DNA of 64,000 nt, from assembly GCA_024679065.1 (NCBI GenBank), contig JAGIQG010000004.1:54684001-54748000 (forward strand), written 5' to 3'. Below the pieces are notes generated by a model. That model was not told where the DNA came from and ran no database searches. It worked only from the letters and a program-made list of their open reading frames with translations. How positions within the stretch are numbered: position 1 is the first letter of the stretch; each line of letters starts with the position of its first letter. The stretch is from Sphyrna mokarran. Lineage: Eukaryota. Below are positions 49,053 to 60,559 of the stretch, one piece after another. The translations under genes were made by a program, and so were the position numbers.

Positions 49053-50560
49053 CAAGAGAGGCGATTGCAGAGCCTCTGGCTCTGATCTTCAGGTCGTCGT
49101 TGGTTACAGGTGTGGTTCCGGAGGACTGGAGGATAGCGAATGTGGTCCCATTGTTCAAGAAGGGGAAGAGAGACCTTCCAGGAATTATAGGCCAGTGAGT
49201 CTTACTTCTGTTGTGGGCAAAGTATTGGAGAGAATTATTAGGGATAGGATTTATAGTTATTTAGAGATAAATGAATTGATTGGGGATAGTCAGCATGGTT
49301 TCGTGAAGGGTAGGTCGTGCCTTACTAACTTCATTGAGTTTTTTGAAAACGTGACCAAAGAGGTGGATGGGGGTAAGGCTCTTGATGTGGTATACATGGG
49401 CTTTAGTAAGGCGTTTGATAAGGTGGCCCATGGAAGACTTCTGCAGAAAATGCAGATATATGGGACAGAGGGTGATTTAGCTAATTGGATTAGGAATTGG
49501 CTAGCAGATAGAAGACAGAGGGTGGTGGTTGAATGGAGATATTCATCGTGGAGTTCAGTAACAAGTGGTGTACCTCAGGGGTCTGTTTGGGGGCCCCTGC
49601 TGTTTGTAATTTTTATAAATGATCTGGATGAGGGTATTGAAAGATGGATTAGTAAATTTGCAGATGACACTAAAGTCACTGGAGTGGTAGATAGTGAAGA
49701 GGGGTGTTATTGTTTGCAGAGTGACTTGGACAAGTTGCAGAGCTTGGCCGAGAGGTGGCAAATGGAGTTTAATATGGAAAAGTGTGAGGTAATGCACTTT
49801 GGCAGGAATAATAAATGTGTAGAGTTTAGGGCTAATGGTAGGATTCTTAATAGTGTTGATGAACAGAGGGATCTTGGTGTATTTGTGCATAGATCCCTGA
49901 AAGTAGGCAGTCAAGTCGATAAGGTTGTTAAGAAGGCATATGGAGTCTTAGCTTTTATTGGTAGGGGGATTGAATTTCGGAGCCGCAACATCATGTTGCA
50001 ACTGTACAAAAGTCTAGTGCGGCCGCACTTGGAGTATTGTGTGCAGTTCTGGTCCCCACATTATAAGAAAGATGTGGAGGCATTGGAGAGGGTACAGAGG
50101 AGGTTTACCAGGATGTTGCCTGGTATGGAGGGCAGGTCTTATGAAGAGAGGCTGAGGGATTTGAGGTTGTTTTCGTTAGAAAGGAGGCGGCTAAGAGGGG
50201 ACCTTATCGAAACATATAAGATGATTAGAGGTTTAGATAGGGTGGACAGTGATAGCCTTTTTCCTAGGATGGAGAAAGCTAGCACGAGGGGACACAGCTT
50301 TAAATTAAGGGGTGATAGTTATAGGACGGATATCAGAGGTAGGTTCTTTACCCAAAGGGTGGTTAGGGAGTGGAATGCCCTGCCTGTGGCAGTTGTAGAT
50401 GCGCCAAGTTTGGTGGCGTTTAAGAGGTTAGTTGGTAAGTATATGGAAGAGAACGGAATGGTTTAGTTTGGAGGGTCATTGCTTTGTATATTGGTCGGCG
50501 CAACACCGGGGGCCGAAGGGCCTGTTCTGTGCTGTAATGTTCTATGTTCTATGTTCTATA
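49049..50560 (+). mobile_element. Young 5'-truncated CR1 (HER1-like) with uninterrupted RT/C-terminal ORF2
   Basis: 423-aa ORF 49195-50466 (QHGF, FSKAFDKV, GVPQGSV, FADD); short UTR, (GTTCTAT)n tail. Confidence 0.96.
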
Positions 50561-52019
50561 TAGTCGATGTCAACGGCTCGCCCTTCGTCCACCGTTTTCG
50601 TCACCTCCTCAAAAAATAGAAAATTGTTTTTCCTCTATCTCCGTGTTATTAATATTGAACGTCCTGTCAATGATTTCCGAAATTTGCACTTTGGCCTATT
50701 GAATCAGAAAACGTATCCCTACTACACGCGGAAAGACGTGACATGCATAGTACGAATGAATCAACATGCAAGTCTGCAGATATCTGACAGTCTGCATGTC
50801 AAGCTATACATTTCATGTCTACTTGATGCCAAATACATAAAGGGCTAAAACACAGACAGGGTAGGATTGTATGCTGCTTTAATCATTTTGACTTTTCTAT
50901 TGGGCTGCCATGTTGATTAATAAGCGTTTGACTTTGAATTCACTGGATAGCAACAAAAATCAGTGCTCTTTTCTGCATTAAATTTTTGTTCTATGTCGTA
51001 CATTCTTTCAGACTCACTTCATTTACAAAGCTGAGTATAAACAGAGAGTCGTACCACTGATACCATCCTTACGCGCCTATAATGGAAACAGCGCACACTC
51101 CACTTGTAGGCGGACGCACAGTATCGCTGACCTCACCATTGTGCCCCAGCTGATCCCTCGCCATCTAATTATCTGACTACAAACCAGGTCCCTTGTCGAT
51201 TCTCTCGTTGTCCAACTCGCTGTTCTGCTTGCTGCTTCTCTCATCTCCCCGCTCATCACCCTCCTTACAGTTTCGCACAGCATCTCCTTGCCGCTTCGCT
51301 CGCCGGCACCTCCCTGCTTGGCACGTCATCCATTTGCCTTCGCACTCGCTGCTTCTCTCACAGCTTGGAATCGTTGAGGGAATAGAGCGATGAATAAGGG
51401 ATCGGGAGCAACCAATTTAATCAATTTAAATGTGTTGAAGTTTTTGTATAGATGAATAAGAAAAAAAAACATAATTCAACTAATGAAAACTCAATGAATG
51501 TAGGTGAGCTAAACTGATTAAAGCGAAATACCTACGCATTCTCACCTGATAGTGCGGTAGGCAACACCATACAGATCAGAAATAGAATCTCTTTTCAATG
51601 TCAACATGAAGTGATGCTATAATTACATCGAAATTGCCGTGGAAACTTGACGCAAGTCTTGGTAGCCGTACTGCAGTTTGTGATCTACAGAGTTGAATGC
51701 GTCTGTGCCTTGAGCAGAGTAGCTCAACCACATCCATTACTTAATTTGGAAGAGTAATTCGTCTTTGTTAGGAGTTAGCAATTCATTAGTGTCGGTAAAA
51801 CTCAATCTTAAAATCACAATGCTAAATCTGACTTTTTTCGGGAATGATCAGATGGCCAAAATATTCACCTTTCAATTTTTGTGCCACTGCACTGCTGTTT
51901 CGATTGATTAATTATCAAAATAAGCTGCAAGCCTTAGTCTCAAAATTGAAGCAACAAATGGCTATTAGACGCGAAAACCGATTGAACTGATCTGAAACAT
52001 GGGCATGTAAATTGTTGTA

Positions 52020-52580
52020 AATTTCGCTAGCATCTTCGTTTCCCTCGACTTTCTCCATTTAAGTAATATTCAGTTCTTTCGTTCTCACGTCATATTGAAC
52101 AAATTAACTTTTTTCCATGTTATATTTCATTTTCCTGCTTTTGTCGCCACTTACCTATCCCATTAATATCTCTTGGTAAACTTTTAGCATCCCACTCTTT
52201 TGACCTATTGTTGTGTCGTCTGTAAATATGGCGGTAGCAGATTCGCTTCCCTCCTTTAAGGCTTTATTGTATATTGTAAACAATTGCGAACCCAGCACTG
52301 ATCTCTGTTGATTACAGGTCACCCGCCTGAAAAAGAACACCTTATCCATCACTCGCTGTTTCCTGCCCATTAGCTAATTATCTATCCAAGCCAATTTACG
52401 TCTTTGAGTATCATGAACTCTTATGACTTAACCTTGTCTAATACTTTCTGGAAATGTAAATTTAACATATCTTCTGGTCCCCCTCTACCCACGCTGGTTG
52501 AGACGTACTCAAAAAACTCTGATAAATTAAACAAACAAGATTTCCATTTCATGAATTCACGCTGACTCTGCTTGATTATG
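52020..52580 (-). mobile_element. Degraded CR1 RT fragment
   Basis: GRKQRV..SVLGSQLFTIY..FTDDT. Confidence 0.7.
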
Positions 52581-52999
52581 GAAGACCTCTTCCCATTTAG
52601 ATGAAAGGACGTGTTCCTTTCAATCGCAAGCTAGTACCCTTACCGCTTTTCCAACCTGGTGGTTAAAAGGTTAGCTCTGCTGCAGCCCGCTAGCCCTCCG
52701 CCCACCCAACGCATCCGTGCAAATATTATCTGCGGGAAAGAGCTGGCGAACTAGCTGGACGCTAAAGAGCAATGCATTCTGTATTGGCCACCCGCCTCAG
52801 CTCCCCAACCAGGAGTTGACTGAAAAGCAAACTTTTGTAATCTCACCAGAACGTATCAGCTAAACTGTGAACCCGTGTTTTTATTGCAATCCCTCGCATA
52901 TTTATTTTCGGTAAGTGACCAATTATTTTAATACGCCTTTTCTCTAATGTTATTTCTCGTGTCTATGCACAGGTAAGAATGATCTTGGTTTCCACTAGC

Positions 53000-53076
53000 T
53001 CATAGTATTTCATAGTACTATGAAATAGTACTATGTTCATAGTATTTTTCATAGTATTCATGTTCATAGTATTTTT
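53000..53076. repeat. Irregular CATAGTA-based minisatellite with an internal inversion
   Basis: catagtattt catagtactatgaa atagtactatg ttcatagtatttt ... Confidence 0.75.
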
Positions 53077-54714
53077 ATCAAGTTCAAAAGTCTGTGAATG
53101 TGTCACTGCCAGCAAAGAGCCGGAGTGGACTTTCGATTGCACACCAATCCCTTTCGTTATATTCCAGGAATGGTGGGTTACTAGCCGAAGCGCTAGCTGT
53201 GTTTTCGCATCAGTTTGGGAAGGTGTATGGCGTGTGAAGCCAGGTAAAGTGACCCAGGAATGTTTCACAGAGTTTCGTTCTTTTTGTTTTGTCAGCGCCG
53301 GCAAAGATGCCAGATGGATTGACTACACCGGGTGCACTTGGGGCATGAAATTGGCCAATTCCACACGACCTCACACGTCAACACCTTTCTCCCCATCTAG
53401 CAGCTCCACTGTCGCATTGGGAGATCACCACTTGAAAGTTGATAACCATTTTGCGGGATTCAAGGCATTACCTGGCCTGGGCAACACCTCGATAGTATCT
53501 CCAATCCGACTTATCTGTGGTGGAGGACGCACGACCATCAATAAGTGGCATTGCTGAGGCCAGTGTGCTGCTGGGCTGCACATGCATTGTAGCATATAGT
53601 TTGAAACGCTTCCCTTGCAGCTATTCGTCTAAATGACTAAGAGGAATTGCGAAAGTGAAACAAAAGTTCATCTTTTATAAAACGAACTTGGTTTAGCTGT
53701 TAATGATTACAAATTATTCAATCAAAGTGCAGGAGGACTTTTGAAATTTCGGTATTGTGAATTTTGAGAAAATTTCTGTTTCTGAAAATGATTGGCCTAT
53801 ATAGTCACTGTTGGACTCAAACATCAAGGTATATTGCGAAGCCAGACTAGACACCAACAATTTTTCTATTTTATTATGAATGTGAGGAAAGGATTTGATT
53901 TATTGTTGTTACGTGTATTAGCATGGATTGAAAAGCATGTTTCTTGCGCGCTATACAGAAAAGCATACCGTTCACAGAGAGAGTGCAAAATTCAGCGTTA
54001 CAGTCATAGTTAGGGTGTAGAGAAAGGTCAACTTAATGCAAGGAAAATCCATTCAAAAGCCTGACAGAGGCAGGGAAGAAGCTGTTCTTGAGTTCGTTGA
54101 TAAGTAATGTATCTTTTATCCCACGGAAGTTTTGTATCTTTTATCCGACGGAAGGTGGAAAAGACAATGTCCGAGGTGCGAGGGATCCTTTATCATGCTG
54201 ACTGCTTTGCCGAGGCAGCAGGAAGTGAAGACCAAATCGATGAATTGGAGGTTAGTTTGAGTGATGGATTGGGTTACATTCAGGATCTTTTGTAGTTCCT
54301 TGCTGTCTTGGGCAGAGCAGCAACCTTAGCAAACTGCGATGCAACAAGAAAAAATGCTTTCTATGATGCATCTGTAAAAGTTGGCGAAACTCGGAGCAGA
54401 CACGCAAAATTTCCTTAGTCTTCTGAGAATGTAGAGGCGTTGGTGAGCTTTCTTAACTGTAATGTCGGCATAGGGGAATCAGGGCAGATTGTTGGTGATT
54501 GGACACCTAAAAATTTGAAGATATCGACCCTTTCTACTTCATCTCCATTTATGTAGATAGGGACATATCCTTTATACTTCATAAAGTCGATGACAATCTT
54601 CTTCATTTTGTTGACATTGACAAGATGGGTTATTGTTGTACCAGTTCATCAGATCCTGTATCTCATTTCTGGATTCTGTCTTATCATTGCTTGAGATCCG
54701 ACCCGGTTGGTGAA

Positions 54715-57700
54715 TACAGCATCCTAAAAGGGACGGGTAATGAGACAAACGTCATTGTCCACATTGGCGTAAATGACGTACGCAGAAAGAGCAGGGAGGT
54801 TCTGCTCCAGCAGTTCAGGAAGTTAGGTAATAGGCTAAAAAAGCAGGGCCCTAGGGTGGCAATCTCTGCACTATTCCCAGTGCTGCGGGCTAGTGAGGCT
54901 AAGAAGAGGGAGACTGTACAACTGAACGCGTGGCTAAAGGACTGGTGCAGGACGGAGGGTTTCAAATTCGTGGATCGCTGGGAAGTCTTTAAGATAGGAT
55001 GCACCTGTACAAGAAGGACGAGTTACACCTAAACTGGAGGGGCACAAATATCCTGGCCGCGAGTTTTGTTAGTGTGGTTCGGGTGAGTTTAAACTAATGT
55101 GGCGAGGGGCGGAAGGGTGTGGCCGAGGGTGATGGGGACCAAAACAATAGGTCAATAAGCATAGAGGCTGGGAGATAAGCTTGGGGCTAGGACAAGGATA
55201 TCTAAAAGCTTCTGGGGCAGGATGACCTCAGTGGGCCTGGGGATCTGAAATGCATCTTCTTCAATGCAAGGAGCATAACGAGCAAGACAGACGAACTTAA
55301 AATCTTAATGCTTGGGCAAAACTTGGATGAGGTTGCAGTGATGGAGACTTGGTTAAAAGAAGGACAGAACTGGCAGCTGAATATTCCATGGTATAAGTGT
55401 TTTAGGTGAGGCAGAAGAGGGGCTAGAAGTGATGGGGGAGTAGCAAGACTGGTTAGGAAGCATATTACAACGGTACAGAGGGTGGGCAATTAGGAGGGTC
55501 ATGTAACAAGTCACTGTGGATGGAGCTCAAAAACAGGAAGCGTGCAGTCATTAAGATGGGGGTATACTACAGGCCTCCCAGCAGCCCATGGGAAGTTGAC
55601 GAACGGATATGTAAGGAGATTCTGGACAGGTGGAGAAAAAATAGAGTTGTTGGAGTGGGAGACTTTAATTTCCTTTGTATAGACTGGAAATCGTTTCGGG
55701 CTGGCGGTCTGGACGGGGAGGAATTTATAAAATGGGGACCGGAAGGTTCTTTGGAACAATACGTTCATAGTCCAACTAGAGAGAGTTCTATACTGGACCT
55801 AGTACTGGGGAATGAGCCCTGTCAGATCATCAAAGTTTCAGTAGAGGAACATGTGCCAAATAGTGACCACAATTCTGTAAACTTCAGGATAGGAATGGAA
55901 AAAGATGAATGTTATCCTATAGGTAGGGTACTGAATTGGGGGGAAGACTAACTATAGCTGGATTAGGCAGGATTTGGTGGTTGTTGATTGGGAGACACTG
56001 TTCGAAGGCAAATGCACACATGGCACGTGAGCATCTTTTAAGGAGAAGTTGATAGGTCTGCAGGATGGACATGTGCCTATAAAAAGGAAGGATAGGGAAG
56101 GTAGGATTCGAGAGCCGTGATAACAAGTGAAATTGTGGATCTAATATAAAAAAAGAAGTATACGTAAGGTCCAGGCTGCTAAAAACAGATGGAGCACTGG
56201 AGGAATACAGAGAAAGTAGAAAAGAACTCAAACAGGGAGTTAGAAGGGCAAAAAGGGGTCACGAAATGTCCTTGGCAGACAGGATTAAGGAGAATCCTAA
56301 GGTATTTTATACGTGCGTTAGGAAAAAGAGGGTTGTCAGGGACAAAGGAGGGGAATTATGCTTAGACCCCAAGGAAGTAGGTGAGATCCTAAACGAATAC
56401 TTTATATCAGTATTCACAAAGGAGAGTGACATGTTAACTGGTAGTGTCTCAGACCTGTTAGAAAAATTTCAATCACAAGAGACGAAGGGTTAGGTTCCAA
56501 ATAAATCTCAAGGGCCTGATGGCATCTATCCTAGACTGCTCAAGGAGGCAAGAGATAGAATTGCTGGGCCTCGAACAGAAATCTTTGTCTCTTCACTGGA
56601 CACAGGTGAGATCCCAGAAGATTGGAAGATTGTGCTCCCATTATTTAAGAAGGGGAGCAAGGAAAACCCGGGTAATTATAGGTCAGTGAGTTTGACGTCC
56701 GGTAGAAAAATTGTTGTAGAAGATTTTTAGAGATAGGATATATGCACACTTAAAACTGAAAAATCTCATTAGCAATGGACAGTATGATTTTGTACGAGGG
56801 AGGTCATGCCTCACAAATTTGTTGCGTTTTTTGAGGAGTTGACAAAAACGATTGACAAGGGAAGGGCCATGGATGTCATCTATATGGATTTAAGTAAAGC
56901 GTTTGACAAGGTCTCTCATGGCAGGCTGGTGCAAAAGGTTAAATCTCATGCGATAAGAGGTGAGCTAGCTAGATGAGTGGAGAACTGGCTTGGCCATAGG
57001 AGACAGAGGCTGGCAGTGAGGGGTCTTTTCCTGATTAGAGGTCTGAGACTATTGGTGTTCCACAGGGCTCTGTACAGGGACCTCTGCTGTTTGTGATACA
57101 TATGAATGATTTGGAAGAAGACGTAGCTGGTGTGATCAGTAAGTTTGCAGATGACACGAAAATTGCTGGAGTTCCAGATAGTGATGAACATTGTCAGAGA
57201 ATACAGCAGGCTGGAAAATTGGCGGAGAAATTGCAGATAGAATTTAATCCTGATAAATGCCAGGTGATGCATTTCCGTAGATCTATTGGAGGGGGAGCTA
57301 TACAATAAATGACAGAACCATCAGGACTCTCGACACACAGAGGGACGTGGGTGTGCAAGTCCACAGATCTTTAAAGGTGGCAGCACAGGTGGACAGGGTG
57401 GTGAAGAAGGCATCAGGCATGCTTGTCTTTATTGGACGGGGCATAGAGTTTAAAAGTTGGCAAATGATGTTGCAGCTATATATTGCCATAGTTAGACCAC
57501 AACTGGAATACTGCCTCCAGTTCTGGTCGCCACACTATCAGAAGGATGCTTTGGAGAGAGTACAGAAAAGGTTTACCAGAATGCTGCCTGGCATGGAGGG
57601 TCTTAGCTCTGAGGAGATATTGGATAAACTGGGGTTGTTCTCCCTGGAAAGATGGAGGATGAGGGTAGATCTAACAGTAATGTGTAATATTATGATGGCA

Positions 57701-58048
57701 TAGATAGGGTGAACAGTGGAAAGCTTTTTCCCAGGTCGGAAGTGACGAACAAAATGGGTCACAAGTTCAAGGTGGGGGGGAGGGGTGGGGTGGGGGAGGA
57801 GAAAAAGGTTCAGCACAGATGTCAGAGGGACGTATTTTACACAGAGGGTGGTGGGGGCCTGGAATACACTGCCAAGCAAGGTGGTTGAGGCGGACACGCT
57901 GGGATTGTTTAAGACTTATTTAGATAGCCACATGAATAGACTGAGAATAGATGGACACAAATGAATGGTCTAGTTGGGCTTATGAGTGGCACAAGCTTGG
58001 AGTGCCAAAGGGCCTGTTTCTGTGCTATACTGTTCTTTGTCCTTTGTT
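54715..58048 (+). mobile_element. Decayed CR1 (ORF1 esterase end and full ORF2 span), short 3' UTR
   Basis: VIVHIGVNDV..NAWLKDWC (ORF1 esterase domain); YYRPP, GDFN, SDH endonuclease motifs; FADD; tgttctttg tail. Confidence 0.92.
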
Positions 58049-58551
58049 CAAACTTGGAAACTGAATTGGAGGGGAGTTTGGCCACACAGTCATAGGTGTG
58101 TAAGTAATGGGGCTAAGAACATAGCCTTGTGGAGCACCAGTGTTGAGGATGATTGCAGAGAAGGTTTTGTTGTCTATTGCTACAGATTGTGGTCTGTTAG
58201 TTAAGAAATTCAGGATCCAATCACAGAGGGAGGTGCCAAGCCCGGGAGTTTGGGGATGGGTTTCGTGGGAAAAATGGCATTGAAGGCTGTGCTATAGTCA
58301 ATAAATAAGGGTCTGACATAGACGTTTTTGTTACCTAGATGTTCCAGATTTGAGTGCAAGGATAGGAAGATGGTGTCTGCTGTGGACTTGTTGCAGCAGT
58401 AGGCAAACTGTAGTGGATCCAGACAATCCAGGAGGCTGGAATTAATTCATGTCCTGGCTAGCCTTTTGAAACACTTACCATGATAGATGTCAGAGCCACT
58501 GGCTGATAGTCAGTAAAGCATGCTGCTTGGTTTGTCTTAGGTACCGAGATG

Positions 58552-60227
58552 ATAGAACATAGAACATAGAACATAGAACATAGAACATTACAGCACAGAA
58601 CAGGCCCTTCGGCCTTCGATGTTGCGCCGACCAATATAAAAAGCAATGCCCCTCCAAACTAAACCATTCCGCTCTCTTCCATATACTTATCAACTAAGCT
58701 CTTAAACGCCACCAAACTTGGCGCATCTACAACTGCTGCAGGCAGGGCATTCCACTCCCGAACCACCCTTTGGGTAAAAAACCTGCCTCTGATATCCGTT
58801 CTATAACTATCACCCCTTAATTTAAAGCTGTGTCCCCTCGTGCTAGCTTTTTCCATCCTAGGAAAAAGGCTATCACTGTCCACCCTATCTAAACCTCTAA
58901 TCATCTTATATGTTTCTATCAGGTCCCCTCTTAGCCTCCTCCTTTCTAACGAAAACAACCTCAAATCCCTCAGCCTCTCCTCATAAGACCTGCCCTCCAT
59001 ACCAGGCAACATCCTGGTAAACCGCCTCTGTACCCTCTCCAATGCCTCCACATCTTTCTTATAATGTGGGGACCAGAACTGCACACAATACTCCAAGTGC
59101 GGCCGAACTAGAGTTTTGTACAGTTGCAACATGACGTTGCGGCTCCGAAATTCAATCCCTCTACCAATAAAAGCCAGGACTCCATATGCCTTCCCAACAA
59201 CCTTCTCGACCTGACTGCCTACTTTCAGGGATCTATGCACATACACACCAAGATCCCTCTGTTCATCAAGACTACTAAGAATCCTACCATTAGCCCTATA
59301 CTCTACACATTTATTATTCCTGCCATAGTGCATTACCTCCCACTTTTCCACATTAAACTCCATTTGCCACCTCTCGGCCCAGCTCTGCAACTTGTCCAAG
59401 TCTCTCTGCAAACTATAACACCCTTCTTCACTATCTACCACTCCACCGACTTTAGTGTCACCTGCAAATTTACTAATCCATCCTTCAATACCCTCATCCA
59501 GATCATTTATAAAAATTACAAACAGCAGGGGCCCCCAAAACAGACCCCTGAGGTACACCACTTGTCACCGAACTCCACGATGAATATCTCCCATCAACCA
59601 CCACCCTCTGTCTTCTATCTGCTAGCCAATTCCTAACCCAATTAGCTAAATCACCCTCTATCCCATACATCTGCATTTTCTGCAGAAGTCTTCCATGGGC
59701 CCCCTTATCAAACGCCTTACTAAAGTCCATATATACCACATCAACCGCCTTACCCCCATCCACCTCTTTGGTCACTTTTTCAAAAAACTCAATGAGTTAG
59801 TAAGGCACGACCTACCCTTCACAAAACCATGCTGACTATCCCCAATCAATTCATTTCTCTCTAAATAACTATAAAATCCTATCCCTAATAATTCTCTCCA
59901 ATACTTTGCCCACAACAGAAGTAAGACTCACTGGCCTATAATTCCCTGGAAGGTCTCTCTTTCCCTTCTTGAACAACGGGACCACATTCGCTATCCTCCA
60001 GTCCTCCGGAACCACACCCATAACCAACGACGACCTGAAGATCAGAGCAGAGGCTCTGCAATCTCCTCTCTTGCCTCCCAGAGAATCCTAGGGTAAATCC
60101 CGTCCGGCCCAGGGGACTTATCCAACTTCAAAACCTCGAGAATATCTAGCACATCCTCCCTATCTACTTCGATACCTTCCAGTTTGCTACCCTGTACCTC
60201 AGTGTTCTCCATAACTACATTTACATC
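58552..60227 (-). mobile_element. Young 5'-truncated CR1, same subfamily as 49049-50560
   Basis: ORFs 58659-59561, 59503-59775 and part of 60042-60392; the C-terminal ~250 aa are nearly identical to the 49195 ORF; (GTTCTAT)n tail. Confidence 0.95.
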
Positions 60228-60559
60228 ATGATGGTTGCCATCTTGAAGCAGATGGGACCTCAGATTGTTGTAAAGATGTCTCGCTTGTGGAGTAATTCCA
60301 GTAACATATTTTGGATTAAAAAAAATCAAAACTGCCTTTATTGCGCCACAGTTTAAGTATAGCTCCAACAAAATGCTGTTTTTAACCTGCAACTGTTGAG
60401 CACTCTTTTAATGTGAAACTAAATAAGTCTTAATTTCAAACTTATCACTATTTCAATTCCAAGTTTTAATTCTCATCCTATGGACTTGAACCCCCAGTTT
60501 AAAAATAGGCAGAGAGGGTGGCTACGGAGACCTTGATCAATACTCTTTTTGGGAACTGG

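Larger units (their letters stand above)
53880..60300 (-). mobile_element. Rex1/Babar-type LINE in three pieces (~53880-54705, ~58050-58551, ~60228-60300)
   Basis: KKIVIDF..PIYINGDEVERVDIFKFLGV and IISVPK..CFTDYQPVALTSIM are Rex1-type ORF motifs; the pieces are collinear around two CR1 insertions. Confidence 0.7.
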
